Source of the DNA: Gemmatimonadota bacterium
GTDB taxonomy: Bacteria > Gemmatimonadota > Gemmatimonadetes > Gemmatimonadales > GWC2-71-9
Assembly: GCA_039591795.1 (NCBI GenBank)
Contig: JBDHCY010000035.1
Location: 1-31,906 of the forward strand
Direction of reading: 5' to 3'
Length of the DNA stretch: 31,906 nt
Notes under the pieces: model-generated
Databases searched by the model: none
Told to the model about the DNA's origin: nothing
What the model saw: the letters and a program-made list of their open reading frames with translations, nothing else
Shown here: in pieces, positions 1 through 9,781 of the stretch
How positions within the stretch are numbered: position 1 is the stretch's first letter
Layout of the letters: the number at the start of each line of letters is the position of its first letter
Position numbers and translations under genes: made by a program

Positions 1-1
1 T

Positions 2-382
2 TGGCAGTCGGTCAGCGCTTTCGAGTGGGTGGACGACCGTCGGCTCGGCGCACCGGTCGTTTGGGTCGCCGAAGGGAAGCATGCACACTACGTCTCGTCG
101 GACGCGTGTGACGACGGTGCCAACCGCTTCGACGAGTGCGATTTCAACAACGCTCGCTTTCGCTTCCCCATCGTCTACGGCCAGCAGAATATCGGCAGCC
201 GAAGCCAGCCGCTTCGCGACTGCGTCGGCCCGTTCTGGGGGAGCGATATGACCAATCCCGCGAGCACCGAGTGCCTTTGGAGTACATCGGTTCGCCTCAC
301 CTTCGACGGCTGGCAGGGGTACTCGCACAACGGTGGTGCCCGCCCCTACGGCGACCAACTGGCTCTGTACGCGGGCTTTTGA
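2..382 (+). CDS. C-terminal fragment of a hypothetical Cys-containing protein (5' end lies outside the window)
   Basis: The frame of ORF 29..382 stays open back to window position 2 with no stop. The fragment has several Cys and no recognisable motif. Its stop at 380-382 is followed 12 nt later by the next gene, which has a strong RBS. Confidence 0.35.
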   Translation, partial: WQSVSAFEWVDDRRLGAPVVWVAEGKHAHYVSSDACDDGANRFDECDFNNARFRFPIVYGQQNIGSRSQPLRDCVGPFWGSDMTNPASTECLWSTSVRLTFDGWQGYSHNGGARPYGDQLALYAGF

Positions 383-394
383 GGAGGGTGGCTC

Positions 395-913
395 ATGACT
401 GCTCTGCGCCTGTCGACGATGTTGCCCGTTGTGGCGCTTTCCCTCGTCGCGACACCGTGCGCGGCGCAGCGCGGGGGCCCCCGACTCACGACGGGTCTGC
501 CGGCGGCCCATGCGCGCGTCGGTCCGACCATCCCCCCTCTGCGAGCTCAGGGGTCACTGACGCGTAAGACCACGTTCCTCGAGCGGTTCGCTTACGGGGT
601 CGGCGCCGGGTTCCTGGGAGCGGTCGCCGCCTCGGCGATCGTCGACGGGGATGGCGACGAGTGGCTGGCGTTCCCCCTCATCGGGGTCGCGAGCGCCACC
701 GGTGTCATGCTGGTCACCTCGGCGCACGAGGGCGCCCGCCCCTGGTCCACGCTCCTCGGCACCGCGATCGCCATGACGATCCCTGCCCTCGTGTTCGCCA
801 CCGTGGAGGACGGGGGAGAGGGGCCAACGGGCTTCCAGCTGGGCCTGGGGTTCGCGATACTCCTCTCCGCGCCACTCGGGGCGGCCGCGGGACACGGCCT
901 CGGAGCCAGCTAG
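395..913 (+). CDS. hypothetical secreted/membrane protein (signal peptide plus Gly/Ala-rich hydrophobic segments)
   Basis: ATG at 395 is preceded by GAGGAGG with a 7-nt spacer. The N-terminus MTALRLSTMLPVVALSLVATPCAAQ looks like a signal peptide. Multiple hydrophobic stretches follow. Confidence 0.55.
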   Translation: MTALRLSTMLPVVALSLVATPCAAQRGGPRLTTGLPAAHARVGPTIPPLRAQGSLTRKTTFLERFAYGVGAGFLGAVAASAIVDGDGDEWLAFPLIGVASATGVMLVTSAHEGARPWSTLLGTAIAMTIPALVFATVEDGGEGPTGFQLGLGFAILLSAPLGAAAGHGLGAS

Positions 914-1024
914 CCGGGACGCGCGTGTGGCTGCGAGGCGTGCCTTTGGCCGAGGAATCGAGCGCAGGAATCGCGCTCATCGCCCACGTGTCGGCTCACA
1001 TCCGACTCGCACCCCGTCACTGTG

Positions 1025-3049
1025 TCAGCGGGTGCCCGACGTCCCCGACGGCGCCACGCCCAACTCGCGGTAGATCGCGGCCGGATCGTACAGCACGCCG
1101 CCCTTCATGACGAGCGAGACGCGCCGCACGGCGGAGATGTCCTCCATGGGGTCGCCATCGACGAGGATCAGGTCCGCGAGCATCCCGGTGGCGATGGCGC
1201 CGATCTCCTCGTGGCGCCCCGCCACACGGGCCGCACCGTGCGTTGCCAGCCAGAGCACGTCGCCAGGCGGGATGCCCGCCGCGACGTACAGCTCGAGCTC
1301 TCGGTGTAACGAGAAGCCCGCGAGCGCGTCGGTGCCCGGAACGATCATCACGCCCGCCGCCCAGAGCGCGCCGACGAAGTCCAGCATCTTGCGGAATGAA
1401 GCACGGTAGCGCTCGTCCATTCCATCCGGCACGGGCAACCCACCCCCCAAGAACCCTCTCCCCACCTGGGGCGGAAAGCGCTCTGCCACCATCGCGTACC
1501 CCGGGGCCGGCTCCCCGGGCCGAGCCGTGAACATCGTCTCGAAGATGGCGACGGTTGGATCGACGACGACGTTCTGGCGACGGAGCAGTCGAATGAAGCT
1601 CCTCACGCTGTCGGCACTCAGGTCGAGATCGGCCCCGTAGCGCCCCACAGTCGTGAAGCGGAGCGGAGTGCGCGTGTCGAGCGTGTCGCCGAAGAAATTC
1701 AGGAACAGCATGTTGGCATGCTGGATCTCGTCGAACCCGGCGCGGACGGCTTGCTCAGCCGTCATTCCCTTCGGAATGTGGCCGCTCACGCGCAGGCCCT
1801 TCGCATGCGCGCGCTCGATGATAGGGCGAACCAGAGCAGGATCGAGCGAGCTGTACACCTTGATCTGCTCGTGACCCGTCTCGGCGTACCGGTCCACCGC
1901 CGCCACGGCCTCCTCGGCGGTGGCGACCAATACACGGGTGGGCCCCTGGTACGGCCCGGGCCCGTCCATGAACCCCGCCAACACGACGCGAGGCCCGATC
2001 GCTTCGCCCTCGTCCCACTGCCGTTTTCGCTCGAGCAGCTTCTCGGTGTCGTTCGCGAGATCGCGAACGCTCGTGACGCCGGCGGCGATGTGGAGCATGC
2101 CGTCGACGTCCGAATTGTGGGTGTGCATATCCCACAGACCCGGAAGGAGCGTCTTGCCGCGGCCGTCGATCACACGGGCGCCGACCGGGGTCACCCGAGC
2201 GCCGCCCCCCACCACCGATGCGATCCGACCGTCCTCGACAACGACCGTCGCACCGTGGACCAGGCGTGCCTTCGGCGCATCGAACAGGGTGACGCCCGTG
2301 AAAGCCACAGGGCCTGGCTGGCTGGCGAGACGACTGGCGAGCTCGCGATAGCGCCCCGACTCCGCTGAGTCCTGCGCTGACTCGAGCTCCCCTACCACCG
2401 ACTCCCACCCAGCCCGGACAACCGACACCCAGCCGGTGGCCACCGCGAACAGGCTGCCGTCCTCATCGAGCCAACTGCGGCTCGGCGTGAAGCCCAGCCC
2501 CGTGATGGCATACTGTGTGACCGTCGCCGTGCGCCCACTGGCGCCAACGGTGCGCGTCACCACCTCTTCGATGCTGGCCTCGCCGCCCGGGAGCAGCGCG
2601 AGCTGGCGCCCCGGCGCCGCGAGCAGTGCCCGCGCGAGGACGGCACCGTCTTCGAAGGTCGACTGAAACGGCACGTAGACCGCCGACGCTGCCACCGTCG
2701 CCTCGCCCCGCTCGGTCGTGCTCTCCCACGTCGCGCGACCCCCGGCGAGCGAGAACCGCTCCCGCACGGGGGCCTTGAGGTAGTCGTTCCCCGTGATCTC
2801 GACCTGTATCGGTATGCCGGTGCTATCGACGACGATCCGCTGGTCGAGAACGGGCCCGCGGCCCCGGTCGGTGTACTCGAAGTGGATGCGGATCACGCCG
2901 TCGGCGTCGCGCCAGACGACCTGCGAGCCGGCGACGTTGCCTTGAAGAAGCACAGTGTAGTGCGTGGAATCGCGAGCTGCGTCCGCGGTGGCAATGACCG
3001 GGACGATAGGAGCAGAGAGGGCGAATGCGACGATCACAATAGCCGGCAT
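1025..3049 (-). CDS. amidohydrolase family protein (metal-dependent hydrolase), secreted; N-terminal beta-rich domain plus C-terminal amidohydrolase fold
   Basis: Long ORF 1025..3238. Motifs LWDMHTHN (metal-binding HxH), KVYSSLDP and GHIPKG are typical of PF01979 amidohydrolases. The likely start is the internal ATG at 3049, which gives the signal peptide MPAIVIVAFALSAPIVPVIATADAA. The upstream 60 codons look like translated non-coding DNA. Confidence 0.8.
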   Translation of the reverse strand: MPAIVIVAFALSAPIVPVIATADAARDSTHYTVLLQGNVAGSQVVWRDADGVIRIHFEYTDRGRGPVLDQRIVVDSTGIPIQVEITGNDYLKAPVRERFSLAGGRATWESTTERGEATVAASAVYVPFQSTFEDGAVLARALLAAPGRQLALLPGGEASIEEVVTRTVGASGRTATVTQYAITGLGFTPSRSWLDEDGSLFAVATGWVSVVRAGWESVVGELESAQDSAESGRYRELASRLASQPGPVAFTGVTLFDAPKARLVHGATVVVEDGRIASVVGGGARVTPVGARVIDGRGKTLLPGLWDMHTHNSDVDGMLHIAAGVTSVRDLANDTEKLLERKRQWDEGEAIGPRVVLAGFMDGPGPYQGPTRVLVATAEEAVAAVDRYAETGHEQIKVYSSLDPALVRPIIERAHAKGLRVSGHIPKGMTAEQAVRAGFDEIQHANMLFLNFFGDTLDTRTPLRFTTVGRYGADLDLSADSVRSFIRLLRRQNVVVDPTVAIFETMFTARPGEPAPGYAMVAERFPPQVGRGFLGGGLPVPDGMDERYRASFRKMLDFVGALWAAGVMIVPGTDALAGFSLHRELELYVAAGIPPGDVLWLATHGAARVAGRHEEIGAIATGMLADLILVDGDPMEDISAVRRVSLVMKGGVLYDPAAIYRELGVAPSGTSGTR

Positions 3050-3361
3050 GGCAGATCCATTCGTTCGTAGCGATCCCGCGAAGATGGGGACGGCGCCCTG
3101 TTCAAGCAACAACTGCGCCGTCCCGGACCCGGGAGGAGTACGGGTGAATCCCTCCCCGGAGGCGACCAGCGGCGCCCGCCCCTCTGAAGACGGTAGGCCC
3201 TGCACGTCCCGGGGTTCGACCGGGGCGGATCCGGCCATGGACAGCGTGGGCGGCTTGGGGAGATGCTCCCGCCGGCGCCGGGTGTGGTCGCGGCGGAGGG
3301 ACGGTCTATCGCCAAAACCTGGCGCGATGCCGCCAGGCCCATACCTTGTGCACTTGATCTC

Positions 3362-4261
3362 ATGCGCGTCTCGAGCTCACAATCGGCCGGCCCTCCAGAC
3401 CGCCGCAGTCTCCGAACGGCTGGCACCACCCTTCTCGTAGCAGCGGTGCTGAGCGGAGGCGCTGTGGCGCAATCCGACATCACGCGCTTCGTGCGGTTTG
3501 CCCACGACGGACGCGTGGCGTACGGCATTCTGGACGGCGAGCGCGTGCACGAGCTCAACGGCGACCTCTTCGCCGCTCCCGTCCGTACCGGCCGTACCCT
3601 CCGGCTCGATCGGGTACGGCTCCTCGCTCCCTGCGTTCCTTCGAAAGTCATCGCCGTCGGACTCAACTACCGCAGCCACCTCGGTGACCGACCTCCGGCG
3701 GCGTATCCGGGGCTCTTCGCCAAGTACCCTACCTCGATCGTCGGTCCCGAAGATTCGATCATCATGCCCGCCGACGCCACGAACCTCCACTACGAAGGGG
3801 AGCTCGTGGTCGTGATCGGACGCGAGGCGCGTCATGTGTCGATCGAGGAGGCTCCGCAGTACGTGTTCGGGGTGACGGCCGGCAACGATGTGAGCGAGCG
3901 CGATTGGCAGCGGGACGATCTGCAATGGCTCCGTGCCAAAGCGTCAGACACCTTCGGACCGATCGGTCCCGTCGTCGCGACCGGACTCGACTACGGCGAC
4001 CTGCAGCTCGAGACCCGGGTGAACGGTGACCTACGCCAGTCGGCGCGCACGTCTGACCTGCTCTTCGATGTCGCAATGATCGTGAGCTACGTGAGCCGCT
4101 ACGTCACTCTGCTGCCTGGAGACCTGATCTTTACGGGAACGCCCGGTTCGACAGCCGCGCTCGAGCCTGGAGACGTCGTTGAGATCGAGCTCGAGGGGGT
4201 CGGAATACTGCGCAACACGGTGGTGCGAGCTCCGACGGCCGAGGGAGGCGAGCGTGACTGA
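3362..4261 (+). CDS. fumarylacetoacetate hydrolase (FAH) family protein, apparently with N-terminal signal peptide
   Basis: The core shows FAH-family homology (RFVRFAHDGRVAYGILDG...GLNYRSH...EGELVVVIG...GTPGS). ATG 3362 gives a signal-like N-terminus MRVSSSQSAGPPDRRSLRTAGTTLLVAAVLSGGAVAQ. An alternative start is GTG 3464, directly after GGAGG, which would make a cytoplasmic protein. The stop TGA 4259-4261 overlaps the next gene. Confidence 0.75.
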   Translation: MRVSSSQSAGPPDRRSLRTAGTTLLVAAVLSGGAVAQSDITRFVRFAHDGRVAYGILDGERVHELNGDLFAAPVRTGRTLRLDRVRLLAPCVPSKVIAVGLNYRSHLGDRPPAAYPGLFAKYPTSIVGPEDSIIMPADATNLHYEGELVVVIGREARHVSIEEAPQYVFGVTAGNDVSERDWQRDDLQWLRAKASDTFGPIGPVVATGLDYGDLQLETRVNGDLRQSARTSDLLFDVAMIVSYVSRYVTLLPGDLIFTGTPGSTAALEPGDVVEIELEGVGILRNTVVRAPTAEGGERD

Positions 4262-4835
4262 TCGAGAGGTCTCGCGTCGAGACTTCGTTGGACAGTCCGG
4301 CTCGGTGTTGAGTGCAGCGTGGCTGGCGATCCAGTCGCCGGCGGTGCTTGCCGCCGCGCGCGACGCACGTCGTGCCGCGGACTTGCGATTGCCGTTCGAC
4401 GTCCTCTCAGAGGATGAGGCGACGGAGCTGGAGGCGCTCGCCGCCCAGATCTTCCCAACCGACGAGACTCCCGGTGCACGCGAGGCCGGCGTCATCTACT
4501 TCATGGACAAAGCGCTCGGAAGCTTCGCCGCGAGCCAACTCGCCGGGATCCGCACCGGGCTCGTCGACCTGCGGCAGCGCGTCGCGTCGAAGCACCCCGG
4601 GGCCGACCGCTTTTCTGCCCTCCCCTTCAGCGATCAAACGAGCCTCGTCCGGGACATCGAGCAGACTTCGTTCTTCGCGCGGGTGCAGTCGCTGACCGTC
4701 ATGGGAATGTTCGCCGACCCAGCGTATGGCGGGAACCGGGATCGGATCGGCTGGACGCTCCTGGGCTTCGATCCTCAACCCCAGTATGAACCGCCCTTTG
4801 GGCATTACGACGCCGAGGAGCGCGATAGTCGGTGA
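4254..4835 (+). CDS. gluconate 2-dehydrogenase subunit 3 family protein (Tat-signal small subunit of a GMC dehydrogenase)
   Basis: GTG 4254 is preceded by GAGGGAGG. The twin-arginine motif SRRDFVGQSGSVLSAAWLA is present. It overlaps the upstream stop, and its own stop (4833-4835) overlaps the GMC start (GTGATG). Confidence 0.7.
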   Translation: MTDREVSRRDFVGQSGSVLSAAWLAIQSPAVLAAARDARRAADLRLPFDVLSEDEATELEALAAQIFPTDETPGAREAGVIYFMDKALGSFAASQLAGIRTGLVDLRQRVASKHPGADRFSALPFSDQTSLVRDIEQTSFFARVQSLTVMGMFADPAYGGNRDRIGWTLLGFDPQPQYEPPFGHYDAEERDSR

Positions 4836-6493
4836 TGCAGGAAGCGAGGGGGCGGCACTTCGCCACCCGTGACGAGGTCGACTTCGTCGTCATCGGCTCG
4901 GGCGCGGCGGGCGGAGTCATCGCGAAAGAGCTGTCCACGGCCGGCTTCGACGTGGTGGTGCTGGAGCAGGGCCCCTACCTGCCACCCACCGCGTTCGGGC
5001 ACGACGAGCTCGCCGAGTTCCAGTTCGGGGAGCTGATGGGCTCACCGGCGGACTTCCCGACCACGTTTCGGGCGAACGAGGCCGATGAGGCACACGTGAC
5101 GGGGGGAATCGCGCTGTTCTATGCGCGGTTGGTCGGCGGGAGCAGCGTTCACTTCACGGCCAACTTCTGGCGTTTGCACGAGATCGACTTCATCGAGCGG
5201 AGCCGCTGGGGGCCAATCTCCGGGACGGGGTTCGCCGACTGGCCCATCACGTACGCCGAGCTCGAGCCGTACTACACGAAGGTGGACTGGGAGATTGGCG
5301 TCTCCGGAGCGCCCGGCCCGTTCGACCCACCGCGCTCCAGGCCCTACCCCATGCCACCCCTGCCGGTCAAGTCATCGGGCATCTTGCTGGAGCGCGGTGC
5401 TCGGAAGCTCGGCCTCCGTCCCTTCCCAGCACCGATGGCAATCCTCTCGCAAGCCTTCGCCGGTCGGCCGGCCTGTATCAACTGCGGGTTCTGTCTCGGG
5501 TTCGGCTGCGAGGTGGGAGCGAAGTCGTCTACGCTCGCCGCGATGATACCGCTTGCCGAAGCGACCGGTCGCTGCGAGATCCGAGCCGAGAGTACCGTGT
5601 TCCGCATCGCCCACGATGAGGCCGGCCGCGCGCGTGAGGTGGTCTATTGGGACCGCGACGGTGTCGAACACGCTCAGCGCACCAAGGCCGTCGTGCTGAG
5701 CGCGAACGGAGCGGAATCGGCGCGCCTGCTTCTCGAGTCCGCCTCGAGCATGTACCCGAACGGATTGGCGAACTCCAGCGGCACCGTCGGCAAGTACCTC
5801 ATGTTCAACGGACTCTCGTACGCACACGGGTACTTCGAGCACCCCTTGAACGAGTACAAGAGCGTCCAGGTCACGCGCCTGCTGCACGATTTCTACGACA
5901 GCGACCCACGACGGGGGTTCTACGGCGGCGGTGGGATCGACGGCCGCTGGCAATACTATCCGTTGTGGTTCGCCAACGCGGGTCTGCCACCCGACGCCCC
6001 TCGATGGGGAGCGGCCTACAAGCGGATGCTCAGCGAGTATTTCAACTACACGATGATGACGAACGGGCACACGACGTCGCTGCCGGTGGCCTCCAACAGC
6101 GTCTCACTCGACCCCAGCGTGAAGGACAAGTGGGGACGGCAGGCGATTCGCGTCACCTACCACGATCACGCGGACGACTTGGCGATGATGCAGTTCTTGC
6201 TCGATCGGGGGAAAGAGATTCTCGACGCGGCAGGCGCAAAACGCGTGTGGGAGACACCGGTCGCGCCGCAGACCAATGGCGCGCATCTCCTCGGCACCTG
6301 TCGGATGGGCAACGACTCGCGCGAGTCGGTCGTGGATCGCTACCACCGGGCGCACGACGTGCCCAATCTCTTCGTCTGTGATGGATCGAGCTTCGTCACG
6401 TCCGGCCGCGGTCAGCCGACGATGACGATCATGGCGCTCGCCTTTCGCGCGGCCGACCACATCGCGCGGTTCGCGAGGCGGGGAGAGATCTAG
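4832..6493 (+). CDS. GMC family FAD-dependent oxidoreductase (flavoprotein large subunit)
   Basis: N-terminal FAD (Rossmann) motif DFVVIGSGAAGGVIAKEL is present. The length and C-terminal HxxGTCRMG-like region (HLLGTCRMGND) are typical of GMC oxidoreductases. It is translationally coupled to the Tat small subunit. Confidence 0.9.
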   Translation: MMQEARGRHFATRDEVDFVVIGSGAAGGVIAKELSTAGFDVVVLEQGPYLPPTAFGHDELAEFQFGELMGSPADFPTTFRANEADEAHVTGGIALFYARLVGGSSVHFTANFWRLHEIDFIERSRWGPISGTGFADWPITYAELEPYYTKVDWEIGVSGAPGPFDPPRSRPYPMPPLPVKSSGILLERGARKLGLRPFPAPMAILSQAFAGRPACINCGFCLGFGCEVGAKSSTLAAMIPLAEATGRCEIRAESTVFRIAHDEAGRAREVVYWDRDGVEHAQRTKAVVLSANGAESARLLLESASSMYPNGLANSSGTVGKYLMFNGLSYAHGYFEHPLNEYKSVQVTRLLHDFYDSDPRRGFYGGGGIDGRWQYYPLWFANAGLPPDAPRWGAAYKRMLSEYFNYTMMTNGHTTSLPVASNSVSLDPSVKDKWGRQAIRVTYHDHADDLAMMQFLLDRGKEILDAAGAKRVWETPVAPQTNGAHLLGTCRMGNDSRESVVDRYHRAHDVPNLFVCDGSSFVTSGRGQPTMTIMALAFRAADHIARFARRGEI

Positions 6494-6536
6494 CGCCGCT
6501 GATGTACTCGGGAGAGCAGCCGCATCACGGCAGTGA

Positions 6537-8027
6537 TCACGCGCGGGCCGGGCTCGCCGACAGCCCGGGGGTCCCACCCTCCGCCATGGCAACCAGCTTC
6601 CGGTAGCGTCTGCCGATCGCCACCGCGACCACAAGCCAGCCGGCGATCAGGACGAGATTCACGAGGGCGAGCTGATTGAAGGCGAGGCCCACGAGCTTCG
6701 TGCCCCCGAACCACATCACCGCCGCCATGACATCGCCAGCGCGCTGGAAGAAGGAGTCCACGGCCTGTTTTCCCTTGTACTTCTCCTCCCGTGTCGTCGG
6801 CAGAAAGAGCGCCTGGCGCGCGGTGTTGTTGAGTGAGTAGTCGGTCGAGTTTTCCGCCGTCTTCGCCCAGCGAACGGCGGCGAGCAGCGGAACGAATGCG
6901 ATCAGGCCATAGGCCGCAAACGCGATGAGCGGGAGCACGAGTAGCGACCGGCCGACGCCCAGATACTTGAGTGCACGTGAGACGACGAACAGCTGCAAGA
7001 CCATCCCGATCAGATTCACCACCGTCTGGTACCCAGAGTAGAAGCGGACTGAGACCTGTTCGGCGGCTGCCTCGGTCGCAGCGGCGAGTCGGGCCTGTTC
7101 CACGAAGGCCGCGACGATGTTCTCCCCCGTCGTGTTTACCCAGTTCAAGAGGAGCACCAAGAGTGCGATGAGGAGGAGATACCGGTTCCGAAAGACGAGT
7201 TGAAATGCGCTCCCGGTGGATGCGGGTGCCGCCTCCCTCTCGCGGGCGAGGTCCTCTGGCCGGATCCGCTTGATCGCCGCGTACGATCCCGTTGCCTGTT
7301 GGTAGTCCTCCGTGGGCACCTTGAACTCGCCGGTGGCCATGCGAAGCTGGGCCGTCGCGGCAGGGAGCGAGCCGGTGGTCCCGACGGGAGCGGTCTGGAG
7401 CTCGGTGCGCCGTCGCTCACGGAGGTCCGCGATGTTCGTGATCACGGCGCCCACGATCAACATGGCCGCCGCGATGAGCAGTAATTGACTCAAGCCCACA
7501 AGCGACGTGAGCCAACTCGGAAGCCACGCGCCGACGACCGCTCCCGACGTCGCTCCGAACGCGACGAGCGGGAAGAGCCGCTTTCCCTCGTCCGCTGTGT
7601 AGACGTCGTTGGCAAACGACCAGAACTGCGCGATCACCATGACGTTGAAGATCCCGAGCCAAATGAAGAAGACGATCCCGACCGACACGCCGAGGACCCG
7701 GAGCGCGTAAAACGCAACGAGACACGCAACGAAGAAGCCAGTAACAATGTTGATCAGGCGCCGCCGCGGGACGCGCGCGGCGATGGCCCCATACAGCGGG
7801 ACCGCGCCGAGGAGGAGGAGCGCTTGTGCCGCCGCCGAGACGACGCGAGCGTCGACGCCACCCGCGGCGAGGACGAGCTCTTCACGCAACACCTTCATGA
7901 TCGAGTAGGCCGTGAGGATCAGGAAGATGTTGCTCATGAGGAGGAGCGCCGTGGCGCTCTCTCCCGATCGAATGTCGGTGAAGAGCCGGAGGAACCGCTC
8001 GCCCGGGCCGGCCGGAGGGGACTGCAC
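6537..8027 (-). CDS. AAA-family (TLC/Npt-type) ATP:ADP or nucleotide antiporter-like transporter, ~12 TM
   Basis: 496-aa polytopic membrane protein. The N-terminal region RFLRLFTDIRSGE...LLLMSNIFLILTAYSIMKVLREELV resembles TLC nucleotide translocases. It has a large central cytoplasmic loop. Start is GTG 8027. Confidence 0.55.
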   Translation of the reverse strand: MQSPPAGPGERFLRLFTDIRSGESATALLLMSNIFLILTAYSIMKVLREELVLAAGGVDARVVSAAAQALLLLGAVPLYGAIAARVPRRRLINIVTGFFVACLVAFYALRVLGVSVGIVFFIWLGIFNVMVIAQFWSFANDVYTADEGKRLFPLVAFGATSGAVVGAWLPSWLTSLVGLSQLLLIAAAMLIVGAVITNIADLRERRRTELQTAPVGTTGSLPAATAQLRMATGEFKVPTEDYQQATGSYAAIKRIRPEDLAREREAAPASTGSAFQLVFRNRYLLLIALLVLLLNWVNTTGENIVAAFVEQARLAAATEAAAEQVSVRFYSGYQTVVNLIGMVLQLFVVSRALKYLGVGRSLLVLPLIAFAAYGLIAFVPLLAAVRWAKTAENSTDYSLNNTARQALFLPTTREEKYKGKQAVDSFFQRAGDVMAAVMWFGGTKLVGLAFNQLALVNLVLIAGWLVVAVAIGRRYRKLVAMAEGGTPGLSASPARA

Positions 8028-8115
8028 GCTCTCGCCCTACATCCCGACCTGTGTCGTCACGAACTCGGCCGCCGTGCGGAGGAGTGGCGCATGAGGCGAC
8101 GGAGCCGCGTGGCGA

Positions 8116-9228
8116 TCAGCGCCACGTCTTCGGCACCGCCTCCGGCTTCGTGGCCTCGACTGCGCCGCCGGGAGACAGGGCGCCCTCGAGCCGCTGTCGG
8201 ATTCGCGGAAGGTCACGGAACCGAACGAGCTGTCGCTCGTCTTCGTCCCAGAGGGTCAGACCGAGGGTCTTGACACTCTCCCACAGCGTGAGGGTCGTGA
8301 CCCGCCGGAGTGCCGGATTCTCGTCGAAGCAGCGTTGCAGATGATAGTTCGGGATCCGGCTGGAGACGTGGTGAATGTGGTGGAGGCCGATACTCCCGGT
8401 GAACCATTGAAACACCTTCGGCATGACGAGGTGTGACGCGCCTTCGAGTCCCGCAGCGTGATAGTCCCACGCCTCTCGGTAGCGCCAATAGGTGTCCTCG
8501 TACTGGTGCTGAACGTAGAACAGATAGACGCCAATCGAGCCGGCAAGGAGTGTGATCGGAAGCTGCACGAGGAGAAAGCGCTCGATCCCCACGATCATCC
8601 ACATGAGCGCGACAACCGCAATGAGCCCGACATTCGACCAATGCACGCTCGCCCACTCGCGCCGCCATGAACGCGGGGCGTCCTGCGGCCATCGATGCTT
8701 GACCACGAACTGGTAGGTCGGACCGAGCACGAGCAAGACGGTCGGATGTCGATACAGACGATACAGGAAGCGCTTCAACCGCGAGCGGCTCAGATACTCC
8801 CGCACCGTCAACGTATCGACGTCGCCAAATCCGCGTGCGTCGAGGTTCCCAGACGTCGCGTGGTGCATCGCATGCGTCTTTCGCCAATAGGCGTACGGGA
8901 CCAGCGTGACGATGCCGAGTATCGACCCGAGGACATTGTTGACGCGTTGAGACGAAAAGAATGCGCCATGGCCGCAGTCATGCTGCAAGATGAAGAGGCG
9001 CACGATGAGAAGCGCCGCCGGGACGGCGAGCAACAGTGTCAGGCCGTAGCCGACCTCGAGGCTCCAGAGCATCAGCACCCATACGCCGATGAAGGGAAGC
9101 GTCGTGTTCAGCAATTGGTACAGCGCGCGCCAGGTGACCGGCTGGCGGTACGGCGCGAGAAGTGCGTTCCAGTCCACGCTGTCGGTCGCTGATCGCGTCG
9201 AGGCATCGCGGTGATCGAGTTGCTTCAT
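8116..9228 (-). CDS. membrane fatty acid desaturase (acyl-lipid desaturase family)
   Basis: Three His boxes are present: HDCGHGAFF, HAMHHATSGNLD and HHIHHVSSRIPNY. Hydrophobic segments fit a membrane desaturase. ATG start at 9228. Confidence 0.85.
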   Translation of the reverse strand: MKQLDHRDASTRSATDSVDWNALLAPYRQPVTWRALYQLLNTTLPFIGVWVLMLWSLEVGYGLTLLLAVPAALLIVRLFILQHDCGHGAFFSSQRVNNVLGSILGIVTLVPYAYWRKTHAMHHATSGNLDARGFGDVDTLTVREYLSRSRLKRFLYRLYRHPTVLLVLGPTYQFVVKHRWPQDAPRSWRREWASVHWSNVGLIAVVALMWMIVGIERFLLVQLPITLLAGSIGVYLFYVQHQYEDTYWRYREAWDYHAAGLEGASHLVMPKVFQWFTGSIGLHHIHHVSSRIPNYHLQRCFDENPALRRVTTLTLWESVKTLGLTLWDEDERQLVRFRDLPRIRQRLEGALSPGGAVEATKPEAVPKTWR

Positions 9229-9356
9229 GGTCCGATTTGGTCAGAGAGATGTGTGGGAGACTTGAACGCAGAGACTATCAATGGTAGCGGATCGACCTTG
9301 GCTCGTCCAATCGCGAGCTCGGTCGGACCGCCGGCGCCGGTCGCCTCCAGGAACAG

Positions 9357-9626
9357 CTATTCGAGCGGCCCGGTGCCGTGGAACGCGACCGCCCGGTCGG
9401 CCCCGCCCGCGAAGGTGTTTCGGCGCACGAGGAACTGCCCGGCCCGGCCGTCGTCGAGCACGAGGCGATAGCGCTGCCCCGCCTCCAAGCGTGTGAGGTG
9501 CGTCACCGAGATCGTGCCGTACCACTCGGCGGCCCCTTCGCGGGTCGTCTCCTCGATGTACAGCTTTACGTTTTCGGCAACGAGGGTGCCGTCCTCGTCA
9601 TGAATGGCACACCGATAAAACGCCAT
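9357..9626 (-). CDS. small hypothetical protein (90 aa)
   Basis: Internal ATG at 9626 is preceded by GGGAGAG 8 nt upstream. The upstream part of the long ORF looks non-coding. The product is MAFYRCAIHDEDGTLVAENVKLYIEETTREGAAEWYG..., with no recognised family. Confidence 0.4.
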   Translation of the reverse strand: MAFYRCAIHDEDGTLVAENVKLYIEETTREGAAEWYGTISVTHLTRLEAGQRYRLVLDDGRAGQFLVRRNTFAGGADRAVAFHGTGPLE

Positions 9627-9781
9627 CTTCGGACTCTCCCGGCGGGATGTCAACGCGCTCGGCCTGTAAGCTAAGTTACGGCCCTGCTGAGTGGGAGCAA
9701 TGCACCCGAGCTGCTCCGACCCCGGCGCCAAGCCGACCCTTCCCAATTGACACCCTCCGAGCGGGCACGCCATACTCTCGC

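Noticed and set aside
1718-2408. ORFs 1718..2368 (+) and 1755..2408 (-) inside the amidohydrolase gene
   Set aside because: They are antisense or alternative-frame ORFs with Arg/Gly-rich junk composition. The amidohydrolase frame has conserved metal-binding motifs.
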